A stretch of 64,000 nucleotides of DNA, taken from positions 187,278-251,277 of the forward strand of contig JAOZFN010000007.1 of the NCBI GenBank assembly GCA_027492205.1, given 5' to 3'. The notes beneath the pieces were generated by a model. The model did no database searches. It had not been told where the DNA came from and was given only the letters and a program-made list of their open reading frames with translations. Source of the stretch: Thermoproteota archaeon (GTDB lineage Archaea; Korarchaeota; Korarchaeia; Korarchaeales; Korarchaeaceae). Numbering within the stretch: position 1 is the first letter of the stretch; the number at the start of each line of letters is the position of its first letter. Positions 18,779-28,879 of the stretch are shown here, in pieces. Made by a program: the position numbers and the translations under genes.

Positions 18779-20017
18779 TCACCGATCGCTCCGCGACGCT
18801 CCACCTCGCCCAAGCTTCGCGTGACTGCGGGCGAGCGAACCCTCGGCCAGAGAAGCTAGCAGGGAGAGTTCTCCTGCGAGCGCCGTCGCGGCCACGATCT
18901 CCGCGAACTTCCGTGCGTTGGAGCCGGGGGGGTCCCCCCCTCCTGCGCAGCCCAGCGACTCAAGCGCGGCCCTCGCGTAGGGCAGCCTGGTGCCACCCCC
19001 CACGGTGCCGACCTCTAGAGATGGGAGGGTCAAGGACACGTACACGCCGTCCTCCCACCGCTCGACCGTGGTGATCCCCGTGCTCGACTCCACCACCTGA
19101 GCTGGATCCTGGCCATACGCGATGAACATGGCGGCCACGACATTCGCGACGTTGGCGTTGAAGCCGCCCAGGGTCCCTGCCACCGACGACCCGAGCTGGT
19201 TCTTCCTCCAGCTGACCTCTACGAGCCTCTCTGGCGTGGTCTTCAGCCTCTTGTGCAGGAGTTCCGATGGGATGAAGACCTCCGCCACGACGGTCTTTCC
19301 GCGGCCGGTGATCCAGTTCACGGCTGCCGCCTTCTTGTCGGAGCACACGTTCCCGCTGAGCGCCACTGGATCTATGTCCGGGAACAGCTCTGATATCCCC
19401 CTGACTATTCTGTCGGCCGACAGGGTGACCATGTTCATGCCCATGGCGTCCCCCGTCTCGAACACGAGCCTGAGGAAGACCGTCCGGCCGGCCTGGAGAG
19501 GCTGAACCTGCTTTAGCCTCCCGTGCCTAGTGACCTCCCTAACCCATTCGGCGAGTTGATCGCTGTTCTGAACTGCCCACTCCGCAAGTTCGGCCGCTCT
19601 GGTCGCGTTCGGTGCGACAAAGGCCGGAGCTCGGGCCATACCGTCTCGGAGCACCTTAGTCTTTGCTCCTCCAGCCATGGTTATCGTTGTGGCCCCCCTG
19701 TTCACTGATGCGACCAGCGCCCCCTCGGTTGTCGCCAGCAGCGGGTAGAACGTCCCCCTCGCGTAGTCCCCCTCGACTGTCAGCGGCCCTACGACGCCCA
19801 CCGGCACGCTGACCTCCCCGATCGGGTTCTCGATGTTCCAGCCGACGAGCTTGTTGAAGTCGAGCCTCGACCGGCGGAGCGGCCCAAGGTCGACCCCTGT
19901 GAGCCGCTCCAAGAAGGCCAGCCTCACATCCGCGGCTGCGTTAGAGTCGCCCAGCTCAGAGTCCAGGTTCCTTAGCCTTATCTCGCCCGAGAGCAGCCTC
20001 CTCAGTAGGTCTTCCAA
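18779..20017 (-). CDS. hmgA: HMG-CoA reductase (class I, NADPH)
   Basis: ENPIG, TTEGALVASVNRG, GDAMGMNM, GNVCSDKK, VGTVGGGT. Confidence 0.96.
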   Translation of the reverse strand: MEDLLRRLLSGEIRLRNLDSELGDSNAAADVRLAFLERLTGVDLGPLRRSRLDFNKLVGWNIENPIGEVSVPVGVVGPLTVEGDYARGTFYPLLATTEGALVASVNRGATTITMAGGAKTKVLRDGMARAPAFVAPNATRAAELAEWAVQNSDQLAEWVREVTRHGRLKQVQPLQAGRTVFLRLVFETGDAMGMNMVTLSADRIVRGISELFPDIDPVALSGNVCSDKKAAAVNWITGRGKTVVAEVFIPSELLHKRLKTTPERLVEVSWRKNQLGSSVAGTLGGFNANVANVVAAMFIAYGQDPAQVVESSTGITTVERWEDGVYVSLTLPSLEVGTVGGGTRLPYARAALESLGCAGGGDPPGSNARKFAEIVAATALAGELSLLASLAEGSLARSHAKLGRGGASRSDR

Positions 20018-20023
20018 TCGACC

Positions 20024-20437
20024 TCACCGCTCGAGCACTGGCCTGAACTTCAGGCCGTAGGCCACTGGCCCCCCGTGGCCTCCGACCCTGACCTTCCTCA
20101 GCACCGCCTCGACCTCCATGCCCTGGGTGACCTCCTCGGGGTCGACGTCGGTTAGCTGTGAGAAGATCCTAGTTCCGTCCTCCAGCTCGATCAGCGCAAG
20201 TACGTAGGGCGTGTAGAACTCGTACCCCCGGGGGGCAGAGTGGACCACTGTGTGCTGGAGGACCCTCCCCCGCCTCGGCAGCCTAACCCTGCTCACGTTC
20301 CTTGACCCGCACCTCGGACAGACCTGCCTCGGCGGCAGGGAGCGGAACCCGCAGTCGTGGCACTCAAAGCCCTCGAGCCTGTAGCGGGAGGGCATCTCAC
20401 GCTTGATTGGCGGTATGCTCGGGTTGAACGCCCACAT
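20024..20437 (-). CDS. DUF35 Zn-ribbon/OB-fold scaffold protein of the thiolase-HMGCS complex
   Basis: CHDCG..PPR.VCPRCG, PYVLALIEL, GMEVE; adjacent to the thiolase. Confidence 0.92.
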   Translation of the reverse strand: MWAFNPSIPPIKREMPSRYRLEGFECHDCGFRSLPPRQVCPRCGSRNVSRVRLPRRGRVLQHTVVHSAPRGYEFYTPYVLALIELEDGTRIFSQLTDVDPEEVTQGMEVEAVLRKVRVGGHGGPVAYGLKFRPVLER

Positions 20438-20438
20438 C

Positions 20439-21596
20439 TCAGCTCACCCTCCTAAGGATCGTCACCACGACGTTGGACCCGGTGCCCCCGACGTTCATGG
20501 CGGCGCCCAGCTCCGGGCTCCCCGCCTGGGCCGGGCCCGCCCTGCCAGAAAGCTGCCTATAGAGCTCCACAAACTGGTACACCCCAGTGGCCCCAACGGG
20601 GTGCCCTCTGGCCTTGAGGCCCCCCTCTGGATTGACCGGAAGGCTCCCCGACCTATCGGCGTCGCCTGACTCTATGAGCCTGCTGGCCTTGCCCGGCTCC
20701 ACGACGCCCAGCGCCTCTAGGTTCAGGTAGCCCATCACGCTGAACGCGTCGTGCACCTCCAAGACCTGCAGATCTCTCGGGGTCACCCCGGCCATCTCCA
20801 TGGCCCTCTTCGCGGCCAACTTTGCTCCCTTGAGCTCTACAAGATCCTCCCGGGTGTACAGCGCCATGGTGTCGGTCGCGGATCCGAAGCCCACGAGAGC
20901 CACGGAGATCCCCTCTCCGTCCCTCCTCTCGCTGGCGGAGAGGACGGCGGCCGCGGACCCGTCTCCCATCGGGGCTGAGTCCAGTAGCTTGATTGGGTCT
21001 GCGATCTTCGGGGAGGAGAGGTAGGCTTCCATCGTTATCGGAAACCTCAGCTGGGCATATGGAACGTCCGACGCGTTCTTGTGCATCAGAATTGGCATCC
21101 ACCCAAAGTCCTCCTCCCTCAGTCCGTACCTCTGGGCGTAGGCCCTCATGATCAACGCGTTCAGGGACACGAAGGAGGCCCCCCAGAACATCTCGTAGTC
21201 GGCCTCCGAGGCCGTGGCTAGAGCAGAGGTCACATCCTCCGTGGCTGTCATGTCAGACATCTTCTCAACTCCGACCACGAGCACGCGATCGAAGAGGCCA
21301 GACTTGATCGCCATAGCCGCGCTGACCACCGCGGCGCCGCCGGAGGCGCATGCCGCCTCGACCTTGAACGCGGGGATCCCCGGCAGGCCGAGGTAGTCTG
21401 CCACGTACGCGCCCAGATTCTCCTGAGCATTCAGAATGCCCGACATCATGTTTCCGACAAACACCGCATCCACGCTATCGACGCCGGCTTCCTCCATGGC
21501 GGCCAGGCCGGCCTCGACCGCCAGGTCTCTAAGCCCCTTGTCCCAGAGGTTCCCTATCTTCGTGAGACCAGACCCGATCACGTAGACCTCCCGCAT
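20439..21596 (-). CDS. Acetoacetyl-CoA thiolase (archaeal type)
   Basis: VEAACASGG, GVEKM, EVHDAF, VNPEGGLKARGHPVGATG, NVGG. Confidence 0.93.
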   Translation of the reverse strand: MREVYVIGSGLTKIGNLWDKGLRDLAVEAGLAAMEEAGVDSVDAVFVGNMMSGILNAQENLGAYVADYLGLPGIPAFKVEAACASGGAAVVSAAMAIKSGLFDRVLVVGVEKMSDMTATEDVTSALATASEADYEMFWGASFVSLNALIMRAYAQRYGLREEDFGWMPILMHKNASDVPYAQLRFPITMEAYLSSPKIADPIKLLDSAPMGDGSAAAVLSASERRDGEGISVALVGFGSATDTMALYTREDLVELKGAKLAAKRAMEMAGVTPRDLQVLEVHDAFSVMGYLNLEALGVVEPGKASRLIESGDADRSGSLPVNPEGGLKARGHPVGATGVYQFVELYRQLSGRAGPAQAGSPELGAAMNVGGTGSNVVVTILRRVS

Positions 21597-21610
21597 TATC
21601 CAGCACCCCC

Positions 21611-22687
21611 TCAGTAGGCCCCCACGTCGGGTGGCATCACATACATCCTCATGCTCCTGGCGTAGTAGGGGTAGTCCACGTAGACCACCCTCCTGAGGTA
21701 GACCTCCAGCTTCGGAGCGCGATTCCTGACCTCTACTATCCTGTCCCTCACCTCGATGTGGAAGGCGTCGCTGCCGGCTCCAGAACCGAAGGACACCACG
21801 AGGATCTTGGCGCCGGGCTCTGCAACGTCGAGGACCGCGGAGAGCCCAACCAGAGAGGAGCCGCTGTAGGTGTTCCCGATGATGGGGGTTACCAGGCCTG
21901 GCTCTATCTGCTCCCTAGTGAAGCCGAGCCTCTTGCCGACCCTTCTCGGGAACTTTCCGTTAGGCTGGTGGAACACGACGAAGTCGTAGTCCTGCGGGGT
22001 GGTCCCCATCTCCTCCATCAGGGCATTGGCCGCCGACGTGATGTGGTGGAAGTAGGCCGGCTCTCCGGTGAAGGCCCTGGCGTGGGACGGGTACTTCATG
22101 TGCGCCCTCCTCCAGAAGTCCGGGGTATCTGTGACGTATGAGTGTGAGGCGACGATCTCCGCGACGGACTCCTCTGCCGGCCCGAGCACGAACGCAGCCC
22201 CTCCTGCCGAGGCCGTGTACTCCAGGGGATCCCCTGGCGCCCCCTGAGAGGTGTCGGCCCCCACGGCAAGCCCGTACTTGATCATGCCAGACCCCACCAA
22301 TCCCGTTACCGCCTGGATGGCCTCCGTACCCGCCTTGCACGCGAACTCGAAGTCCGCTCCCGTCGTCGCCCCGCTCGCTCCTATGGCCTCCGCAAGTATG
22401 GTTGAGGTGGGCTTCACGGCGTAGGGTTTAGACTCGGTGCCGACGTAGACCGCTCCAAGCTCTGACGGGTCCATTCCCGCCCTGGCGATCGCGTTTTGAG
22501 CTGCCTCATACGCTATGGTGAGGGTGTCCTCGTCCAGGCCAGGGACGCTCTTCTCCGTGACCATCAGACCAGAGGCGTATCTCTTGTAGTCGCGACCCCA
22601 GGCCTGAGCCAGGTCCTCCTCCTTGATACGGTACCGGGGGACGTAGGCTCCCCAGCCCACGATGCCCACGGGCCTCTGAGGCTTCAA
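21611..22687 (-). CDS. Hydroxymethylglutaryl-CoA synthase (archaeal)
   Basis: [51 protein letters not shown]. Confidence 0.96.
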   Translation of the reverse strand: MKPQRPVGIVGWGAYVPRYRIKEEDLAQAWGRDYKRYASGLMVTEKSVPGLDEDTLTIAYEAAQNAIARAGMDPSELGAVYVGTESKPYAVKPTSTILAEAIGASGATTGADFEFACKAGTEAIQAVTGLVGSGMIKYGLAVGADTSQGAPGDPLEYTASAGGAAFVLGPAEESVAEIVASHSYVTDTPDFWRRAHMKYPSHARAFTGEPAYFHHITSAANALMEEMGTTPQDYDFVVFHQPNGKFPRRVGKRLGFTREQIEPGLVTPIIGNTYSGSSLVGLSAVLDVAEPGAKILVVSFGSGAGSDAFHIEVRDRIVEVRNRAPKLEVYLRRVVYVDYPYYARSMRMYVMPPDVGAY

Positions 22688-23313
22688 GTCGTTTCACCCC
22701 CTGAAATCTCGTTGTATCCCATCCAAAAGGCCCTCTCGTTCTCTTCGAGGGCGAACTTGGGGACTCGGGCCTTGACGGCCTCGATCAACTCATCTGGGCC
22801 GATCGGGATGACCCCCGTGGCCGAAAGGGCCCCCAGCATCACCACGTTGACCGTGCGTGGGTTGCCCGCCCTTATGGCCAAGGAGGCGGCGTCTATCACG
22901 TAGATCCTTTCGGGCTCCAGCCTGCTCTCCAAGACTTCGAGCAGGTCCTCCCTCCTAGGATACCTCACGTGCCCCGTGAAGTGCGCGAGCGGGTACATGA
23001 GAGCGTTGTTCACTACGAGTATTCCGTCGTCTGGCTTGAGCAGGCGCAGGTGCCTAGCCGCCTCCGATATCTCAAACCCAACGACTGCATTGGCCCGTCC
23101 CGGGGGGATCTTCGGGCTGTAGACCGCGCTCCCCATCCTCACGTGGCTGTAGACCGAGCCCTCCCTCTGGGCAAGGCCGTGAACGTTGGCTATCCTCACG
23201 TTGAGGCCAGCCTTCATTGCGGCTAGGCCGAGCGCGTCGGACGCCACGACGACTCCCTGCCCTCCCACCCCGGCGAGGACCACATTCACCTCGTCTACAT
23301 TGGCGGACGCCAT
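22684..23313 (-). CDS. iorB: Indolepyruvate:ferredoxin oxidoreductase beta subunit
   Basis: [28 protein letters not shown]. Confidence 0.92.
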   Translation of the reverse strand: MASANVDEVNVVLAGVGGQGVVVASDALGLAAMKAGLNVRIANVHGLAQREGSVYSHVRMGSAVYSPKIPPGRANAVVGFEISEAARHLRLLKPDDGILVVNNALMYPLAHFTGHVRYPRREDLLEVLESRLEPERIYVIDAASLAIRAGNPRTVNVVMLGALSATGVIPIGPDELIEAVKARVPKFALEENERAFWMGYNEISGGETT

Positions 23314-23317
23314 GGAC

Positions 23318-25249
23318 TCATCCCTCCCTGACGATGGCCCCGGTCGGGCACACCTGGGCGCAGATGGTGCAGCCTGTGCACTTGTCCTCGTAGATGAACG
23401 CCTTGTTGAGTTCCTCGTCGAAACCGAGGGCCGGGCAGCCCGTCTTGATGCACTCCTTGCACCCCACGCAGGCGGACGGGTTGACGGTCATCGGCCTGGG
23501 ACGGAGCCCCTTCCTACGGAGCCGCCTCAGTACCTGCAGGGTGCACTCCGCCCGGAACACGAGGACTGCCGGCAGTCCGGATGATTCGGCTGACCTGATG
23601 GCCTCTACCACGGCCTCCTCCGCCGCCTTGAGGTTGTAAGGGCTCAGAACCCGCACGAAAGGTATCTGGAAGGCCTTGGCCACGTCCTCCGGCTTGAGGA
23701 CCGGCGCCTGATCCCCGATCGCGTTGACTCCGGACGTGGGGCTAGGCTGGTGTCCAGTCATGCAGGTCCACCTGTTGTCGAAGACCGCCACGACTATGGG
23801 GGCCCTGTTGACGACCGCATTCACCAGCGCCGGGAGCCCACCGTGGAAGAATGTGGAGTCTCCTATCACGGCCACCACCGGCCTGGTCTCGCCCGCCTTC
23901 TTCGCGGCGGCGGCCATGGCGATGCTGGACCCCATCGCTATGCAGGTGTCGATGGCGTCTAGGGGAGGATTCGATCCCTGGTTGTAGCACCCCCTGTCCC
24001 CGAAGACGAGCCCATCGACGCCCAGCCGTGCGAACGCGGCCTTAATCGAGAGGTAAGACCCCCTATGAGGACATCCGGCGCACATCTGGGGGATCCTCCT
24101 CCCCACGGAGGAGGAAACCTCATCCGAGGTGGTGAGCGTCAGGGCGGGGTAGTTCACATCAAATAGATCGCTCAGAACCCTACCGACGAGTTCGGGGCTG
24201 TACTCTCCATACCTCGGGAGGTGGCCCGTGTTCTTGCCGTAGATCTCCACCCCCACCCCGTTGAGCTTGGCAATCCTGATTACCTGATCCTCCAAAAAGG
24301 GCTCGAGTTCCTCCAAGACAACAACCTTGTCGACGGAGCGGAGGAAGTCCAGAACAGGCCCCTCAGGGATGGGATACTGGCCGATCAGCTTCAAGACCGG
24401 CACCTTCTTCAGTAGACCCTCCGCGGCCAGGACGTCCATCGCGTAATTGTGCGGAACCCCTGTGGTGATTAGCCCCCAGACGCCGCTGTCCGGCCCGAAC
24501 CTCTGAACGAAGGGCTCGCCCTCAAACACCTTTTCTACCCTCTCCAGTCTCTCGAAGAGCTTCGGAATGTTGGCCCTCGCGTGAGGGGCTATGCTGACGA
24601 GCCGGGGGTGATCTTTGGGGAAGTTGGGCTTCCTCTTCTCCAGCCTGAGCGGTCCCAGCCGGACTGGGGCCTTGGAGTGAGCCACCGCCGCCGTGTATCT
24701 GAACAGCACGGGCGTCTTCATCTCTTCGGAGAGGTCCATGGCCCAGACGATGAGGTCCTTGGCCTCTGCGGGGTCTGACGGTTCCACCACTGGAATGTTT
24801 ACTATCCTCCCGTGAAACCTCGTGTCCACGGAGCTCTGAGAGCTGTGCGGGTGTGGATCGTCGGCCGAGACTATGACGAGGCCCGCGTCCACCCCAGTTA
24901 TGGCCGCCACCGCGAGCGGGTCCAGGATCCAGTGCGTACCCAGGTGCTTCATTACGGTCATGGACCTCAGTCCTGCGAGGGCCGCCGAGTAGGCGGCCTC
25001 GAAGGCGACCTTCTCGTTCGTCGACCACTCGACGTAGATTCCCGCCTTGCTGGCAACTCTCGAGAGGTTCGCGAGCACCTCGCTGCTGGGGGTTCCCGGG
25101 TACGCCGTGACGAACTGAGCTCCGGCCTCTAGGGCGCCCCGAGCAATGGCCTCATTGCCCATCATTAGGGCGACCTTCTCTCCCTCCTCCAGCAGGATTG
25201 CGGCCATTGCCATCACCTTAGCGCAATTTTTTAGGCGATTGCCAAACAT
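23318..25249 (-). CDS. iorA: Indolepyruvate:ferredoxin oxidoreductase alpha subunit
   Basis: MGNEAIARGA, YPGTPSSE, NEKVAFE, CAGCPHR, IGDSTFFHGG (TPP), C-terminal 2x[4Fe-4S]. Confidence 0.95.
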   Translation of the reverse strand: MFGNRLKNCAKVMAMAAILLEEGEKVALMMGNEAIARGALEAGAQFVTAYPGTPSSEVLANLSRVASKAGIYVEWSTNEKVAFEAAYSAALAGLRSMTVMKHLGTHWILDPLAVAAITGVDAGLVIVSADDPHPHSSQSSVDTRFHGRIVNIPVVEPSDPAEAKDLIVWAMDLSEEMKTPVLFRYTAAVAHSKAPVRLGPLRLEKRKPNFPKDHPRLVSIAPHARANIPKLFERLERVEKVFEGEPFVQRFGPDSGVWGLITTGVPHNYAMDVLAAEGLLKKVPVLKLIGQYPIPEGPVLDFLRSVDKVVVLEELEPFLEDQVIRIAKLNGVGVEIYGKNTGHLPRYGEYSPELVGRVLSDLFDVNYPALTLTTSDEVSSSVGRRIPQMCAGCPHRGSYLSIKAAFARLGVDGLVFGDRGCYNQGSNPPLDAIDTCIAMGSSIAMAAAAKKAGETRPVVAVIGDSTFFHGGLPALVNAVVNRAPIVVAVFDNRWTCMTGHQPSPTSGVNAIGDQAPVLKPEDVAKAFQIPFVRVLSPYNLKAAEEAVVEAIRSAESSGLPAVLVFRAECTLQVLRRLRRKGLRPRPMTVNPSACVGCKECIKTGCPALGFDEELNKAFIYEDKCTGCTICAQVCPTGAIVREG

Positions 25250-25386
25250 CGTTGGTTTATTAAACTTTACGGTCCTAGAATCAGTGCAAGAGTGACGGGA
25301 TATAGGTCCAATAGCCCGGCGATTTATCCGGCTAGCTCCAGATCAAATAAATGTTGACTATCGAGCGTTTACTATCCAAAGGGCGC

Positions 25387-26187
25387 CTACAAGGACGCTC
25401 TCAGCCGCTCGACCAGTTCACCGATCTCTGGGAGCTTGGATACCACTAACCCGACGTTGGAAAGTTTTGCAAGCCTCACCGCAAGCGGGTCGACCGAGTC
25501 GGGCTTTAGGCCGTGGAGGACTACGAGAGCTGGCCTCACGTCGAACACCCTTATCGCCACCATCGGCGACCTGCCCGTGGAGACCTTCGTGAATATGAGG
25601 GCCCTCTCGGTGGACGAGCCAAAGAGCCTCATGAAGTCCGCCCCGGAGAGAGTTTCTATGGCCTTCACGCTGTCTATAACCGTATAGCCGTAGATGTACT
25701 TGGATCCCTCCGGCTCCACCAGGGCTTCGCCCTCTATGACCTCCACGAACTTTCCCGTCTCTACTGGGGCGGCGAGCTCCCTTATGTCGACTACGCTCAC
25801 CAGCATGTCCGAGATGCCCAGGGTTCTCGCCAGGGTCTTAATCGTCGTTCCTCCCCTTCTCTCGTCAAGTTCCAGCAGGGCCTCAACGAACCTCCGCAGG
25901 ACGAGAGAGCCGGGGCTTCTCCTCCTCCCCGATTCATAGTCAGATATTACGGAGGCAGACACCTCCAGCGCCCTGGCGAGCTCGCTCTGCTTGATTCCAA
26001 AGTACTGCCTCCACTTCCTCATTGCGAGCCCGATGTCGCTGGAGAACAGTATATCTCCCGCTATCTTCTTGGCGATAGTCTCCCTCAGTATGCGCCTGTG
26101 ATAAGATGCGACGACCTCCTCTGAGGAGCCACCCTCGGACAAAAGCACCACCTTTCCAATAGCTCGATGGCAGATCTCTCCGATCAT
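25387..26187 (-). CDS. XRE-family HTH transcriptional regulator (COG1709-like); start probably about 26142
   Basis: IAGDI..S...MRKWR..F..Q.ELA....SVISDYESGRRRSPG; GYTVIDS; ERALIFT.VSTGRSPMVA. Confidence 0.88.
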   Translation of the reverse strand: MIGEICHRAIGKVVLLSEGGSSEEVVASYHRRILRETIAKKIAGDILFSSDIGLAMRKWRQYFGIKQSELARALEVSASVISDYESGRRRSPGSLVLRRFVEALLELDERRGGTTIKTLARTLGISDMLVSVVDIRELAAPVETGKFVEVIEGEALVEPEGSKYIYGYTVIDSVKAIETLSGADFMRLFGSSTERALIFTKVSTGRSPMVAIRVFDVRPALVVLHGLKPDSVDPLAVRLAKLSNVGLVVSKLPEIGELVERLRASL

Positions 26188-26237
26188 TTATAAAGCGTTC
26201 ATCGACATCGACCGTCGTCGTTGTCCTCAGGGGCATG

Positions 26238-26603
26238 TCAGGGATCGTTTCGGAAGTCCGTTAGCTTCATCAGAAGTCGAGTGAGTTCTCCTCGATTCAC
26301 TACCCTCTCACGGACTTTCCCCTCCGCCTCCGCAATCTCTTTGGCTATCAGGTGGTAACAGTAGGGCCGGCCCCTTCGGAGGAGGGCCTCAATGTAGAAG
26401 TCGGTGCACGTGCAGAAGTAGTCCCCCAACACCAAGTAGGCGCCCCGCTCCCCCTCCACAACCCACGCCTTGAAGCCCTCGGTCGAGGATATCCTTATCA
26501 CGCGGCCCTCTTCGACGGCCCTGATGGCCTTAACCGCGCTCTCGGGAGGGAGAAGCCGCAGGAGCTCTCTAGATCCATCCTGTCTACGGGGGGCGCGCCT
26601 CAG
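26238..26603 (-). CDS. SWIM zinc-finger protein (start uncertain)
   Basis: YFCTCTDF...PYCYHLIA SWIM motif; the upstream part of the tracked ORF overlaps the divergent gene. Confidence 0.75.
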   Translation of the reverse strand: MRRAPRRQDGSRELLRLLPPESAVKAIRAVEEGRVIRISSTEGFKAWVVEGERGAYLVLGDYFCTCTDFYIEALLRRGRPYCYHLIAKEIAEAEGKVRERVVNRGELTRLLMKLTDFRNDP

Positions 26604-27377
26604 TTGAGGATCACCATGCTGAAGGAGGAGCCGGCGTTGGTTTTTACTGTTGGAGACCGAAGGCTGCTGGTAGTCGCGGACCTCCACCTTGGACTTGAGG
26701 ACGAACTCGCGGCGAAGGGGGTGAGCACCCCTGGACTGTCGGCGAGAATATCTAGGCGGCTGGTAAACTTGGTTGATCGAGTGGATCCCGAGGAATTGGT
26801 GATCCTCGGAGATTTGAAACACGGCGTGGGTCCGCCAAGCAAGTCGACTCAGCTGGTCATAGAGGAACTCGTGTCAGACCTGCTCAAGCGGGGGGTGGAG
26901 CTCACACTGGTCAAGGGGAACCACGACGGAGGGATCGAGAACTACCTCCCCACGCGTGTGAAGATCGTCGGGCCGCGTGGATTCAGGGTGGGGGAGGCTG
27001 GGCTCTTTCACGGGCATTCTTGGCCGGCGGAGGAGGTTCTAGCGGCCGAACTGATCCTGGCCGGTCACGTTCACCCGGCAGCCAGGGTTAGAGATCCGAA
27101 CACGGGCAGAAAGAGGGTCGTCAGAGTCTGGGTCATCTCCTCCCCCGAGGAAGCCGAATCGGCTGAGACGCGAGATGTTGTCGGGGCCCGCTTGGTGCTT
27201 ATGCCCGCCTATAACCAGTTCGTAGGCTTTGGACTGGTTGAGTTCCAGGGCTCAAAGAGGACCTTTGGCCCTTTGTCGAGGCTCATCTCGGATCGAGGGG
27301 TCGCTCACGTACTGGCACTCGACGGCACGTACCTGGGAACTCTTAGAGACCAGAGAGGGAGCCGGGAAAAAGGTTAA
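26604..27377 (+). CDS. Metallophosphoesterase (calcineurin-like, COG1407 type)
   Basis: VADLHLG, LGDLKH, KGNHDG, FHGH, GHVHP, MPAYN; start at TTG 26604 or ATG 26616. Confidence 0.9.
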   Translation: MRITMLKEEPALVFTVGDRRLLVVADLHLGLEDELAAKGVSTPGLSARISRRLVNLVDRVDPEELVILGDLKHGVGPPSKSTQLVIEELVSDLLKRGVELTLVKGNHDGGIENYLPTRVKIVGPRGFRVGEAGLFHGHSWPAEEVLAAELILAGHVHPAARVRDPNTGRKRVVRVWVISSPEEAESAETRDVVGARLVLMPAYNQFVGFGLVEFQGSKRTFGPLSRLISDRGVAHVLALDGTYLGTLRDQRGSREKG

Positions 27378-27412
27378 TATCGCAGTGTCCAGTCTGGGCG
27401 GAAGGGATAGGG

Positions 27413-28807
27413 CTGGCTCCGGAGTACGACGTCGTCATTGTGGGAGCTGGTCCCACGGGACTCTTTGCGGCCCACGAGATCAAAAGGAGGGCGCCAGAGT
27501 CCAGAGTGCTAGTGGTTGAGATGGGCCCCGACCTCGCCGGGCGCCGCTGCCCCGCCCAGTCCACAGGCAAGTGTGTGCTCTGCCCAACCTGCGCCGTGGT
27601 GTCTGGCTTCGGAGGGGCCGGCGCCTTCAGCGACGGTAAGCTCAACCTAACTGAGAGAGTTGGCGGAGAGCTCGCGGACTACCTTGACGGAGGTCAGGTG
27701 CGTGAACTCATCTCCTACGTGGACTCGGTCTACCTAGAGCTCGGGGCTCCTGACCGGGTCTACGGAACGGACGATAAAGCCATAGCGGAACTCAAGAGGA
27801 AGGCCTACAGGCAGGGATTCCTCCTCATCCCGTTCAGGATAAGGCATATGGGAAGCGACGGCGGATACAGGGTGCTTCAGAACTTCAGGAAGCTGCTGGA
27901 GGAGCTGGGCGTTGAGTTCAGGTTTGGAACCCCCGTAGAGAGAGTAGAGGTCGAGGACGGGAGGGTGAGGGGGGTCGCCCTGGCCGGGGGGGAGTTCCTC
28001 CCAAGCAGATACGTGGTTGTCGCCCCAGGAAGGGTGGGCGCGAACTGGCTCGTCTCGGAGGCCAGGAGGTTGGGCATGAGGGTGGAGTCCGGGAGGGTCG
28101 ACATAGGCGTCAGGGTAGAGGTCCTGGCTGAGGTCATGAGGGAGTTCACCGACGTCCTCTACGAGCCCAAGCTAGTCTACTACACCAAGACCTTCGACGA
28201 CAAGGTCCGCGTGTTCTGCGTCAACCCAGGGGGGTTCGTCGTCACGGAGTCCTACTGGGGGATCGTAACGGTCAACGGGGCGGCCAGGGAGGACTCAAAG
28301 ACCGACAACACGAACTTCGCGCTGCTAGTCTCGGTGAAGTTCACCGAGCCCTACAAGGATTCGATCTCCTACGCGCTCGACATAGCTAAGCTGGCTAACA
28401 ACATCGCCGACAACCAGCCAATCATCCAGAGGCTGGGAGACCTCCTCAGGGGCAGGAGGTCTACCCCGGCGCGGATCTCCAGGAGCGTGGTGGAGCCCAC
28501 CTTGGGAGGGGCGGTCCCGGGAGACCTGAGCTTCGTGTACCCCTACCGGTACCTAATTGACATTCTAGAGACCCTACAGGCCCTGAACAACGTGATGCCT
28601 GGGATATACTCGGATCACACGCTCCTGTACGGCGTCGAGATCAAGCTCCACACCGCCAAGCTGGACCTGAAGAGGAACCTGGAGAGCAAGACCATTCAGG
28701 GGCTCTACGCCGGGGGAGACGCCGCCGGAGTCTCTCGCGGTCTCATTCAGGCGTCCGCGTCCGGTGTGGTGATCGGAAGGGACGTGGCCCGACGCCTGGC
28801 GGGCTGA
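27413..28807 (+). CDS. NAD(P)/FAD-dependent oxidoreductase (COG2509-like); probable CTG start
   Basis: YDVVIVGAGPTG, CxxCPxC, GFGGAGAFSDGKL, DIGVRVE, FCVNPGGFV, GDAAGVSRG. Confidence 0.88.
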   Translation: MAPEYDVVIVGAGPTGLFAAHEIKRRAPESRVLVVEMGPDLAGRRCPAQSTGKCVLCPTCAVVSGFGGAGAFSDGKLNLTERVGGELADYLDGGQVRELISYVDSVYLELGAPDRVYGTDDKAIAELKRKAYRQGFLLIPFRIRHMGSDGGYRVLQNFRKLLEELGVEFRFGTPVERVEVEDGRVRGVALAGGEFLPSRYVVVAPGRVGANWLVSEARRLGMRVESGRVDIGVRVEVLAEVMREFTDVLYEPKLVYYTKTFDDKVRVFCVNPGGFVVTESYWGIVTVNGAAREDSKTDNTNFALLVSVKFTEPYKDSISYALDIAKLANNIADNQPIIQRLGDLLRGRRSTPARISRSVVEPTLGGAVPGDLSFVYPYRYLIDILETLQALNNVMPGIYSDHTLLYGVEIKLHTAKLDLKRNLESKTIQGLYAGGDAAGVSRGLIQASASGVVIGRDVARRLAG

Positions 28808-28825
28808 CCGGAGGCTCGTTGAACC

Positions 28826-28833
28826 TTTTTATA
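28826..28833 (+). promoter_or_regulatory. TATA box of the rpl14-secY operon
   Basis: TTTTTATA about 50 nt upstream of rpl14, followed by GGAGGGG SD. Confidence 0.6.
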
Positions 28834-28879
28834 GCCGACCCGGGCAGGGGCCCCGAGTTGACACTCTGGAGGGGTGTAA

